Assembly: GCA_041941795.1 (NCBI GenBank)
Contig: CP145872.1
Coordinates: 480,001-512,000 of the forward strand
Length of the DNA stretch: 32,000 nucleotides
DNA from: Candidatus Saccharimonadota bacterium
GTDB lineage: Bacteria; Pseudomonadota; Gammaproteobacteria; Enterobacterales; Enterobacteriaceae
Reading direction: 5' to 3'
Shown here: positions 1-8,964 of the stretch, piece by piece
Layout: every line of letters starts with the position of its first letter
How positions within the stretch are numbered: position 1 is the stretch's first letter
The notes under the pieces: generated by a model
Databases searched by the model: none
What the model was told of the DNA's origin: nothing
What the model saw: only the letters and a program-made list of their open reading frames with translations
Made by a program: the position numbers and the translations under genes

Positions 1-570
1 AATGAGATATTAAATTTATCTCTGCCCGTGATAGTCAAACCTATTAAGGAAGGATCCAGTTTAGGAATTACAAAAGTTAATCATATTAAGGAACTTTCAT
101 TAGCCTTAAAACATGCATTTTATTATGATCATACGGTATTAGTAGAAAAATGGCTTAGTGGTCCTGAATACACTGCTGTTATTTTAGGAGAGCGAATTTT
201 ACCCGAAATTCGTATTAAGTACGCGAGTCTAGTTTATGACTACAGAACTAAATATTGCTCATCCAACACTCAATATTTTTGTCCTAGTGGTTTATCCCGT
301 GAACAACAATCTGATTTTAATCAGCTGGTAATGAAAGCATGGAAAATTTTAGGTTGTAGTGGATGCGGGAGGATTGATGTCATGCAAAATGATGGTAAAT
401 TTTATTTACTCGAAGTCAATACATCTCCCGGTATGACTAGTCATAGTTTAGTACCTATAGCCGCAGAACAGATAGGTTGGAATTTTTCTCAATTAGTAGT
501 AGAAATTCTGAATTTAGCTGATCTCAAGAATCCGATATCTGAGGATATTCGGAATATCTCCCGAAAATAA
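1..570 (+). CDS. ddlB: D-alanine--D-alanine ligase, C-terminal part (5' end lies outside the window; frame 1 is open from base 1)
   Basis: The translation LPVIVKP..EGSS.G..KV...[20 protein letters not shown]...YDY..KY....TQYFCP.GL...GRIDVM....[22 protein letters not shown]...G..FSQLVV.IL.LAD is collinear with E. coli DdlB. About 17 extra residues follow the conserved ...LAD end. Confidence 0.9.
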   Translation, partial: NEILNLSLPVIVKPIKEGSSLGITKVNHIKELSLALKHAFYYDHTVLVEKWLSGPEYTAVILGERILPEIRIKYASLVYDYRTKYCSSNTQYFCPSGLSREQQSDFNQLVMKAWKILGCSGCGRIDVMQNDGKFYLLEVNTSPGMTSHSLVPIAAEQIGWNFSQLVVEILNLADLKNPISEDIRNISRK

Positions 571-658
571 CCATATTAATATGGGGCATAATCCAAAATA
601 AAATTTCTATACGTTTTAATTAATATTGGGCATAAGAGATAGATAATTAATCACCTAG

Positions 659-1141
659 TTAGTCTGTGGCCAAGGATGCTAATCTTTCTAATGCAGATTT
701 TATTTTTTCAGGACATTTTATAGCTACTTTACGTAATATTGCCGCACTTTGATGACTTATAGTGCGAGAGAATATTATATTCTTGTTGAATGCTGATGAA
801 TATGTGGAGCACGGAGAATTATTGGTCATCTGTAATGAAGGATTAATACTGAGATCAATTCCTATTAATGATGGAATTAGGGAGTGTAAAAGGGACACTA
901 AAATTCGTTGTTCATAACGTAATCGGTTCATCGCGCTAGCATTAGCAAATGCTAGGGATAATCTTCCTTGATGGAAGTTGATCACCCGACACCAAGAATG
1001 TAAATGTAATGGAAGAGCGGATTTTACTACCTGATCTAAATAAATTAATTGGTCAGATTTTTTTTGTAAAGATTTGAGCATACTATGCTCGCAAGCATTA
1101 TCAAAAATATTTTTTAGGGTACATGGAGCACTATATCTCAT
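659..1141 (-). CDS. DUF721 / DciA-like protein (putative replicative-helicase operator), divergent from secA
   Basis: A 160-aa ORF. Its core, LDQVVKSALPLHLHSWCRVINFHQGRLSLAFANASAMNRLRYEQRILVSLLHSLIPSLIGIDLSINP, fits the DUF721 pattern (LP..L...C.V.....G.L.L.....A.A..LR......L...L...I...V.V.P). It sits divergently upstream of secA, as DUF721 genes do in many non-enteric Gammaproteobacteria. Family assignment is from memory of the motif, not a search. Confidence 0.6.
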   Translation of the reverse strand: MRYSAPCTLKNIFDNACEHSMLKSLQKKSDQLIYLDQVVKSALPLHLHSWCRVINFHQGRLSLAFANASAMNRLRYEQRILVSLLHSLIPSLIGIDLSINPSLQMTNNSPCSTYSSAFNKNIIFSRTISHQSAAILRKVAIKCPEKIKSALERLASLATD

Positions 1142-1359
1142 AAAATATATTCCATTAATAATCTGAGGGGATAATTTGCCAATATAATATTGGTTAAAGA
1201 GTAAAAATAATTTTTACCTTCATTAAGAAGGAAGTTCTTTCCTAAAAAAGGAAAGGTTATCAGTATATAACGTTTTTCAGAAATATTATAATAAACTTTA
1301 TATTACATTGATGAAAAGAAGATGAGTAAAACATAAAGAATAAAGAGAATTAATTCACT

Positions 1360-4032
1360 ATGTTATTACAGATATTAAAAAAAATTTTTGGCAGCAGAAA
1401 TGATCGAATAATATTGCGCATGACCAAATTAGTTGCGTGCATTAACCACTTAGAAAAAAAATACTCTAAGCTTTCTGATAAATCATTAAAAGAAAATACT
1501 AAGTTATTTAGAGAACGGCTGGATAAAGGTGAAATACTAGACAATATTTTACCGGAAGCTTTTTCAACTGTAAGGGAAGCTAGTAAACGGATATTTAATA
1601 TGCGTCATTTTGATGTTCAGTTGCTTGGGGGAATAGTTTTAAATAATGGGTGTATTGCGGAAATGCCAACTGGGGAAGGAAAAACATTTACAGCAACTCT
1701 TCCGGCTTATTTAAATGCTCTCCCTGGAAAAGGAGTCCATATTGTAACAGTGAATGATTATCTAGCACAAAGAGATGCTGATACTAATCGTCCTCTATTT
1801 GAATTTCTAGGAATCACTATAGGACTTAACTTACCGGGCATGAACACAGCAGAAAAACAGGCAGCTTACGCGGCGGATATTACTTATGGTACGAATAATG
1901 AATATGGTTTTGATTACTTACGGGATAATATGGCATTTAGTACTAAAAATCAGGTACAGAGACTACTCTCCTATGCTTTAATAGATGAAGTAGATTCAAT
2001 CTTAATTGATGAAGCTCGAACCCCTTTAATTATTTCGGGTCCGATGGAAAATAATCGCTCGGATCTATATATAAAAGTGAATAATTTAATTCCCTCCTTA
2101 ATCCAACAAGAAAAAGAAGATTCTGATTCTTACCAAGGAGAAGGTCATTTTTCGGTAGATGAAAAAACTAGACAGGTATATTTAACAGAACGGGGACTAA
2201 TTTTAATAGAAGAACTTTTAGTGAGGGAAGGACTAATGAAAATAGAAGAATCACTTTATTCACCCTCCAATATAATATTAATGCAGCATGTAACGTCGGC
2301 TCTCCGTGCACATACATTATTTATTCGCAATAGAGATTATCTTGTGAAAGATGAAGAGGTAGTAATTGTAGATGAACATACGGGACGTACTATGCCCGGG
2401 CGTCGTTGGTCGGAAGGTTTACACCAAGCGGTAGAAGCTAAAGAAGAAGTAAAAATTAAAAATGAAAATCAAACTATGGCGTCTATTACTTTTCAGAATT
2501 ACTTTCGATTATATCCTAAATTATCCGGCATGACTGGTACTGCTGATACAGAAGCCTTTGAATTTCGTTCTATTTATAAATTAGATACCATTGTTATTCC
2601 TCCTAACAGGAAGATGATACGTAAAGATTTACCTGATCTAGTATATCTAAGTGAAAAAGAAAAGATTGAAGCAATAATTCAGGATCTCAAATATCGAATT
2701 ACTTATGGTCAACCGGTGTTGGTAGGAACTATTTCTATTGAAAAATCAGAGACTCTCTCTAGAGCTCTTACTATAGCTGGCATAAAACATAAAGTATTAA
2801 ATGCTAAATTTCATGCTCATGAAGCGGAGATAATTTCACAAGCGGGACAACCTGGTTCAGTAACTATAGCTACTAATATGGCAGGACGCGGCACAGATAT
2901 TGTTCTAGGAGGTAGTTTACAATCTGAAATGAGTAGGATAAAAAATCCTAATCCAGATAAAATTAAAATTATTAAGAAAGCTTGGAAAGAACGCCATAAT
3001 GCAGTTGTAGAAGCAGGAGGACTACATATTATAGGTACTGAACGTCATGAGTCTCGGAGAATTGACAATCAGCTCAGAGGTCGTGCAGGTAGACAGGGAG
3101 ATCCCGGCTCTTCCCGATTTTACCTCTCTCTGGAAGATAGCTTGATGCGAATTTTTGCTTCCGATCGTCTAGTAGGAATAATGCGAAAATTAGGAATTAA
3201 ATCTGGTGAGGCTATAGAACATCCTTGGGTAACTAAAGCTATTGCTCATGCTCAGTGTAAAGTGGAAGGTCGAAATTTTGATTTACGTAAACAGGTATTA
3301 GAATATGATAATGTAGATAACGATCAAAGACAGGTTATTTATGCGCAGCGTAATGAGTTACTGGCCAACCCAGCAATAAGTATTACGATAGAACGTATAT
3401 TTGAAGATGTGTTCAGATCCATTATTAACAGCCATATTCCTGCCCAATCTTTAAAAGAATTCTGTAATATTCCTTTATTAGAAGATCTACTTAAGAGAGA
3501 TTTTAATCTCGACTTTCCTATCACTGAATGGATCACAAAGGATGATAAAATTATTGGTACCGAAATAAGGGAAAAAATTATTTTTCATGCCAAGCAAATA
3601 TATGCCAATAAAAAATTAATAGTTAGCGCCGAAAAGATATGTAATTTAGAAAAAAATATTATGTTACAAACATTAGATACTCTCTGGAAAGAACATCTAG
3701 CTGCTATGGATTATCTCCGTCAAGGCATTCATTTACGTGGTTATGCGCAAAAAGATCCGACGCAAGAATATAAACGAGAATCATTTGCTATGTTTGCTAC
3801 TTTACTAGAAAACATGAAATATGAGGTTGTCAGTAGACTTTATAAAATGAACTTTAATCACTTAGAACCTTTTTCGGAAACAATATCCTTATCACTTCTC
3901 TCGTATGATTCAGCAGAACAAAGTGAGAATATTCCTCCAATCCACAAAATAGGACCTAATAAACTCTGTCCTTGTGGGTCACAGAAAAAATATAAAAAAT
4001 GTCACGGTCGAAAATTTAATTTTTCGAGGTAG
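1360..4032 (+). CDS. secA: Preprotein translocase ATPase SecA
   Basis: An 890-aa ORF collinear with E. coli SecA throughout: [112 protein letters not shown]. The C-terminal zinc motif CPCGS.KKYK.CHG is present. Confidence 0.97.
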   Translation: MLLQILKKIFGSRNDRIILRMTKLVACINHLEKKYSKLSDKSLKENTKLFRERLDKGEILDNILPEAFSTVREASKRIFNMRHFDVQLLGGIVLNNGCIAEMPTGEGKTFTATLPAYLNALPGKGVHIVTVNDYLAQRDADTNRPLFEFLGITIGLNLPGMNTAEKQAAYAADITYGTNNEYGFDYLRDNMAFSTKNQVQRLLSYALIDEVDSILIDEARTPLIISGPMENNRSDLYIKVNNLIPSLIQQEKEDSDSYQGEGHFSVDEKTRQVYLTERGLILIEELLVREGLMKIEESLYSPSNIILMQHVTSALRAHTLFIRNRDYLVKDEEVVIVDEHTGRTMPGRRWSEGLHQAVEAKEEVKIKNENQTMASITFQNYFRLYPKLSGMTGTADTEAFEFRSIYKLDTIVIPPNRKMIRKDLPDLVYLSEKEKIEAIIQDLKYRITYGQPVLVGTISIEKSETLSRALTIAGIKHKVLNAKFHAHEAEIISQAGQPGSVTIATNMAGRGTDIVLGGSLQSEMSRIKNPNPDKIKIIKKAWKERHNAVVEAGGLHIIGTERHESRRIDNQLRGRAGRQGDPGSSRFYLSLEDSLMRIFASDRLVGIMRKLGIKSGEAIEHPWVTKAIAHAQCKVEGRNFDLRKQVLEYDNVDNDQRQVIYAQRNELLANPAISITIERIFEDVFRSIINSHIPAQSLKEFCNIPLLEDLLKRDFNLDFPITEWITKDDKIIGTEIREKIIFHAKQIYANKKLIVSAEKICNLEKNIMLQTLDTLWKEHLAAMDYLRQGIHLRGYAQKDPTQEYKRESFAMFATLLENMKYEVVSRLYKMNFNHLEPFSETISLSLLSYDSAEQSENIPPIHKIGPNKLCPCGSQKKYKKCHGRKFNFSR

Positions 4033-4054
4033 AAATATTCTATACTAATTTGTT

Positions 4055-4186
4055 TTATTCTAGCAACCAGTGTTCTAAATCACTAGTTTTACATTGTTTA
4101 CTACAAAACGGACGAAAAATTTCTTTTTGTTCCCAAAAAATTTTTTTACCACAGCGGGGACATTCTACTTGGATATTATTTATGAT
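4055..4186 (-). CDS. yacG: DNA gyrase inhibitor YacG (small zinc-finger protein). No canonical start codon; the probable start is ATC/ATA.
   Basis: Not in the ORF track (43 codons). The minus-strand translation (I)INNIQVECPRCGKKIFWEQKEIFRPFCSKQCKTSDLEHWLLE* matches E. coli YacG, ...[36 protein letters not shown].... An AGGAG at 4199-4195 lies 8 nt upstream of the ATC at 4186-4184, the position equivalent to the E. coli ATG. It lies convergent with secA, as in E. coli. Confidence 0.55.
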   Translation of the reverse strand: MINNIQVECPRCGKKIFWEQKEIFRPFCSKQCKTSDLEHWLLE

Positions 4187-4509
4187 AAATTGTGCTCCTG
4201 ATTATTTCATTTTTTTTTGAGAATTTTTTTATAAAAATCTATTGGCATATCATTTATGGGGAAGGATTTCAGTTACACTCTTTTAGATGACAAATAAAAA
4301 ATAATTTGACTTGTGGGATAAATATAAATACCAAATATAATTTAGTATTCATATTATGAATGTTATTCATAACAATTTTTTTTTGGGAGGTGTTAGCATG
4401 AACTGCGTAATTTTATTATTGATCCGATACTTCAAAGATTATGTCAATAATAATGTATTTCTCACATATATCAAAGGCTTATTAGCAAGTAAAGTCTAAT
4501 AATTAGTTA

Positions 4510-5463
4510 TCATCCTATAATTAATCCGCGACGAAACCAGTGTTGACGTGCTTTGAGAAATTCACTAACTAGCATAGATTTTTTACCAGCTAGTTGTAAT
4601 TTTTCTATATTTAGTATTGATTGGGCGGTAGCAATTTTTATACCGTTGTTACTAACATGTAATATTTCTCCCGGTTGATATTGATAGTTATTCCCATCTG
4701 ACCATAATATTGAAGCTTTCCATACCTTAATATATTTTCCATTAATAATAAAATAGCATCCGGGCCATGGATTAAAAGCTCTAATACGACGTTCTATTTC
4801 ACAAGCCGATAGTTTCCAGTCTATATATGCTTCTTCTTTAGCAATTTTTTTGGCATAAGTTGCCCTTACTTCAATTTGCGGTTTTGGAGATATAGTATTG
4901 TGTCCAAACTGTTCTAAGGTCGATAATATCCCTCTTGTCCCCAGAAAAGATAATTTCTTTAAAAGGCTGGCAGTAGTATCGAGAGAATCAATGGGACAAG
5001 AAATTTGATTCAGAATATCTCCACTATCAATTTTATCCTTCATTTGTATAATAGTTACTCCCGTAGAGAGATCTCCCGCTAAAATAGCTTGCTGTATTGG
5101 TGAAGAGCCTCGCCATCGCGGTAAAAGAGAACAGTGCAGGTTTATAGAGCCGAAACGAGTAATATTCAGTAGATTATTAGGTAATTTTGTCCCATAAGCT
5201 ACTACTACCATAATATCAGCATTAAGTGCAGACAGTTGTTGGTGCAATGTTTCGTGATTAATATTACGAGGCTGAAAAATAGCAATATTATGTTTAAGTG
5301 CGATTTTTTTTACCGGATTATAAATTACTTGTTGACCTCGACCTACCGCTCTATCGGGTTGAGTTAAAACTCCTACCACAATATGTTTAGAGAGAAGAAC
5401 GGATAGCTGACTAGCAGCAAACTCTGGAGTGCCCGCAAAAATTACTTTCAAAAAATTAGACAT
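4510..5463 (-). CDS. fmt: Methionyl-tRNA formyltransferase
   Basis: A 317-aa ORF with IFAGTP.FAA, GV.TQPDR..GRG, N.H.SLLPRWRG..PIQ..I.AGD..TGVTI.QM and RAFNPWP. Collinear with E. coli Fmt and directly downstream of def. Confidence 0.95.
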   Translation of the reverse strand: MSNFLKVIFAGTPEFAASQLSVLLSKHIVVGVLTQPDRAVGRGQQVIYNPVKKIALKHNIAIFQPRNINHETLHQQLSALNADIMVVVAYGTKLPNNLLNITRFGSINLHCSLLPRWRGSSPIQQAILAGDLSTGVTIIQMKDKIDSGDILNQISCPIDSLDTTASLLKKLSFLGTRGILSTLEQFGHNTISPKPQIEVRATYAKKIAKEEAYIDWKLSACEIERRIRAFNPWPGCYFIINGKYIKVWKASILWSDGNNYQYQPGEILHVSNNGIKIATAQSILNIEKLQLAGKKSMLVSEFLKARQHWFRRGLIIG

Positions 5464-5488
5464 CTCAATTAGAGATAATTTTTTAAAT

Positions 5489-6001
5489 TTAATCTTGATT
5501 TGTGCATAACAATGTCATTTTTTTTAATTTATTAAAAATTTTTTTCTGCTTAATTGGAGTCAGGTAATCAATAAATATTTTGCCTAAAAGATGATCCATT
5601 TCATGTTGAATACAAATAGCTAATAAATTATTTGCTTTTATCACACAAGGATTTCCTGTGATAGTTAAAGTACTAATAGTAACCTTTTTAGCCCGTGGAA
5701 TAAAAGCCTTCTGTTCAGGAATAGATAAACATCCTTCTTCAATACTAATTTCCCCTTCTGTTTCTAACAATACGGGGTTAATAAGTACTAAAGGTTTATC
5801 TTTTTTTTCAGATATATCAATAACAATAATTTGTTGATGAATATTCACTTGTGTAGCAGCTAAACCTATCCCATTTTCTGTGTACATAAGAGTCAACATA
5901 TTTTCCGCAATTCGCAGGATATCTTGATTTATTTTTATTACGGGCCGTGCAATTGTTCGGAGCCGCTGATCCGGATAAATTAATAACCGCAGAGGGGACA
6001 T
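5489..6001 (-). CDS. def: Peptide deformylase
   Basis: A 170-aa ORF carrying the three deformylase motifs: [16 protein letters not shown] and HEMDHL. Confidence 0.95.
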   Translation of the reverse strand: MSPLRLLIYPDQRLRTIARPVIKINQDILRIAENMLTLMYTENGIGLAATQVNIHQQIIVIDISEKKDKPLVLINPVLLETEGEISIEEGCLSIPEQKAFIPRAKKVTISTLTITGNPCVIKANNLLAICIQHEMDHLLGKIFIDYLTPIKQKKIFNKLKKMTLLCTNQD

Positions 6002-6127
6002 AAAATTAGTCTCTTAGTAGTAATAAGGAAAATATGAAATTATTATTGATAATGATATCACATCTAAGATACTTAGTATATCATTACTAATGATTAATAT
6101 CTCCGGACCGCAAAAAGAGAACAAATC

Positions 6128-6697
6128 ATGACCCAATATAAATCTATCACGTTTTGTTTGAAAAATCTCCACGAAGAAAAAATTATAGCTTACCCTACAG
6201 AAGGAGTTTTTGGTTTAGGTTGTGATCCAGATAGCAAAAAAGCAGTTATGAGTCTGCAGACTTTAAAAAAACGTTCTTTATCCAAGGGTTTTATATTGGT
6301 AGCAGCGAATTACCAACAGTTAACACCTTATATTGAAAGTGAAAAATTATCTGATGAGCACCGCGTACAACTATATTCACAGAATAATTCTGCAGCATTC
6401 ACATGGGTAGTGCCAGCTAGGATTCAGACTCCAGCTTGGCTTACGGGCTCATTGAATTCAATCGCTATACGTATTAGTAAGCATGAAGCAATTATCCAAT
6501 TATGCAAAGCTTTTAAAAAACCATTAGTCTCTACTAGCGCTAATGTATCAGGTAGTCCTCCTTGTCGTTCTCTAGAAGAAATAAGATCTCAATTTGGATA
6601 TGAATTACCAGTATATCCTGGTAATATTGGAGAACTACAGCATCCTACCGAAATTAAGGATTTATTTTCGGGTAAAATTATTCGTCGGGGTGGATAA
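6128..6697 (+). CDS. tsaC: Threonylcarbamoyl-AMP synthase (YrdC/TsaC)
   Basis: The residues IAYPTE.VFG.GCDPDS..AV..L...K.R...KG.IL.AANY.QL.PYI ... KPLVSTSAN.SG.PPCR match E. coli TsaC. Its stop overlaps the aroE start (TAATG at 6695-6699). Confidence 0.9.
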   Translation: MTQYKSITFCLKNLHEEKIIAYPTEGVFGLGCDPDSKKAVMSLQTLKKRSLSKGFILVAANYQQLTPYIESEKLSDEHRVQLYSQNNSAAFTWVVPARIQTPAWLTGSLNSIAIRISKHEAIIQLCKAFKKPLVSTSANVSGSPPCRSLEEIRSQFGYELPVYPGNIGELQHPTEIKDLFSGKIIRRGG

Positions 6698-7548
6698 TGT
6701 TTAATAATTATGATTATACTTTTGCCATTTTTGGCTATCCCATAAAACATAGTAAATCCCCGCGTATTTATCAGTTGTTTGCTAATCAATTTCATATTTA
6801 CTCTCACAGTTATGGAAAAATTCAGACAAGTAGAGAATATTTTTCCGATAGATTAAATGCGTTTTTTTCGGGGAGTATCGCGAAAGGCGCTAATATCACT
6901 ATGCCCTTTAAGCAACAAGCGTATAGTTTAGCCAATATTTTGACCGAACGTGCTTTGTTAGCGGGTTCAGTTAATACTCTTAAGAAGTTAGAAAACGATC
7001 ACTTAGTAGGAGATAATACAGATGGAATTGGTTTACTTAGTGATCTCAAAAGACTCCACTTAATTCATCCTCAAGATAATATCTTGATTCTGGGAGCAGG
7101 AGGAGCAGCTTATGGGATAATTTTACCTTTATTATATTATAATTGTTCGATTATGGTTACTAATCGTACTTTCATCCGAGCCCAAAACATGGCTCTAAGA
7201 TTTAGAGCTTACGGTAATATTACAGCAGTAGATATAAATAAATTGAGTGAATTACGAGTTGACTTAATAATTAATGCTACTTCCTGTAGTGTAAATGGGA
7301 TAATGCCTTTCTTACCAAGAAAAGTAATATCTTCTCACACATGTTGTTATGATTTATTTTATCAAAATAACTTAACACCCTTTTTACAGTGGGGTAAGGA
7401 ACAAGGAGCTAAATATTGTGCTGATGGTTTAGGTATGTTAGTAGCACAAGCCGCATATGCTTTTTTACTATGGTATGGGGTCTTGCCAGACATTTCATCC
7501 GTTATTAAAACTCTCCAGGAGGAGCAGATCAGCAGGAGCAGGTCATAA
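6697..7548 (+). CDS. aroE: Shikimate 5-dehydrogenase
   Basis: The residues FG.PI.HSKSP.I...FA, KGANIT.PFK, AG.VNTL, GDNTDG.GLLSDL, GAGGA, DLIINATS and ADGLGMLV.QAA.AF.LW.GVLPD are collinear with E. coli AroE. Confidence 0.9.
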   Translation: MFNNYDYTFAIFGYPIKHSKSPRIYQLFANQFHIYSHSYGKIQTSREYFSDRLNAFFSGSIAKGANITMPFKQQAYSLANILTERALLAGSVNTLKKLENDHLVGDNTDGIGLLSDLKRLHLIHPQDNILILGAGGAAYGIILPLLYYNCSIMVTNRTFIRAQNMALRFRAYGNITAVDINKLSELRVDLIINATSCSVNGIMPFLPRKVISSHTCCYDLFYQNNLTPFLQWGKEQGAKYCADGLGMLVAQAAYAFLLWYGVLPDISSVIKTLQEEQISRSRS

Positions 7549-7609
7549 TAAATTTTAATAATGATGCACACACAATATCTCTTCCATATTAAAGTAGTAT
7601 GAGTGATTT

Positions 7610-7682
7610 AGGGGCGTAGTTCAATAGGCAGAACATCGGTCTCCAAAACCGGAGGTTGGGGGTTCGATTCCCTTCGCCCCTG
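7610..7682 (+). tRNA. trpT: tRNA-Trp (anticodon CCA). The 3' CCA is not encoded.
   Basis: AGGGGCGTAGTTCAATAGGCAGAACATCGGTCTCCAAAACCGGAGGTTGGGGGTTCGATTCCCTTCGCCCCTG is near-identical to E. coli trpT. Acceptor stem AGGGGCG/CGCCCCT, anticodon loop CTCCAAA, and GGTTCGATTCC in the T arm. Confidence 0.92.
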
Positions 7683-7712
7683 TAATTTATTTAAGATTAC
7701 ATGAAATATTCA

Positions 7713-8558
7713 TCAAAATTTAAACTTAAAATTATTAATAGACCATTTAAGTAATTTTTGGATTTGTTTTGTTTGAGTACTATTTGGTAGCCAGATGGCG
7801 TATAAAGGACGGGTGATTAGTGGTATATGCGTTATAGCTATCAATTCTGGATAAATTTTATTCCAGAAATTAGGTAAAAAAGCACATGCATTTATGCTCG
7901 GTAATAACTGACGTGTTAAATGTGCGGAAGATGTCATTAATACAGGTAATAACTGTATTCCAGTCCTCGTAAGAAGATCAGGATGAGAACCATCATCTCC
8001 CCACTCTAGATCTATATAATTATAATGATTATTAGGTAGTACTACTATTGTCCGGAACAATTGGAGTGATATAGTTCCTAGTTTAGTACTGACTATTCCT
8101 CCCATTTTAGGAACATCAGTAGTAATTAACATGTCTAGTTGATGGTCATGTAATTGTTTGATGAGTAAACTACGGGATGCCATTCGCACATCGATATACA
8201 ACGAGTTTTCTTGATTGTGATCATAAATGGATTTTAACCATGCAGTTAAATAAGCTTCCCACACTGAAGCACTAGTTCCAATGGATAATTGATAATAGTG
8301 TTGAGCATATATAACGTTTTTTTTAGCGGATAACCAGAAGTTGAGCATGCTATTCGCATAAGGAACTAATCGTATACCCGCTGCAGTCAATCTAATCTTG
8401 TTACGGTGTCGGGTAAAAAGAATTACTCCTAGTTGGTTTTCGAGCTGACGAATACGAAAACTAACCGCGGATTGAGTTAGGTAAAGTAGTTCCGCAGCTT
8501 TACCAAAATGTAAAGTTCTACTTACCTCTAAAAAAGTTTTTAATAATTCGGTATTCAC
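7713..8558 (-). CDS. hdfR: LysR-family transcriptional regulator HdfR. The start is probably the GTG at 8558; the ORF-track ATG at 8618 would add 20 aa.
   Basis: (V)[58 protein letters not shown] matches the E. coli HdfR N-terminus [61 protein letters not shown] almost residue for residue. A GGAG lies 6 nt upstream of the GTG. The position next to trpT matches E. coli. Confidence 0.85.
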   Translation of the reverse strand: [281 protein letters not shown]

Positions 8559-8695
8559 TAGTTTCTCCAATAAAAAATTTTTATTTTTATAAAACTTTTT
8601 AAGTTTACACTTTATCAATCTTATCTAAGACTATGCCGCGGATATTTGCGAGAATGGGCATAAATATGCCTAAAATAATATTAGGATGACATATC

Positions 8696-8964
8696 ATGAA
8701 TGGAGAAGTTGTTTCAAACAATTATTTTGTTGATAAAAATTATTACCTGAATTTTCCCATCATGATAATTTGACTCTTAAAGAAGCTCAGAGATGATAAA
8801 TATCTGGTAGTACCTTCTCCATGTTAGAGGGGTCAAAAAAGCAAAACTGTCAATGATGAAGAACCCAAAATTTGTCGAGGTATAATATCGTTGAAACCCT
8901 TCTTCCACTACTTCGTACGAATAATGGTGGATCAAATATCTTACCTGTATTAGGAGTAGGATAA
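8696..8964 (+). pseudogene. yifE: Degraded yifE (UPF0438) remnant, broken by several frameshifts and stops
   Basis: It is divergent from hdfR, as in E. coli. Pieces spread over three frames resemble E. coli YifE: SNNYFVDKNYY (cf. TNRYFDNKHYP), HHDNLTLKEAQ (cf. RHGDFTIKEAQ), STFSMLEGSKK (cf. YAFNELDLGKR) and TVNDEEPK.CRG (cf. VTEEEKLFVAVCRG). No continuous ORF exists. Confidence 0.45.

Noticed and set aside
4202-4210. A reading of yacG as carrying a nonsense mutation at codon 3 (ATG AAA TAA)
   Set aside because: Alignment to E. coli YacG puts the true start eight residues before the first Cys, at the ATC at 4186 behind the AGGAG. The upstream ATG-AAA-TAA is a three-codon mini-ORF that overlaps the SD region and is not the ancestral start.
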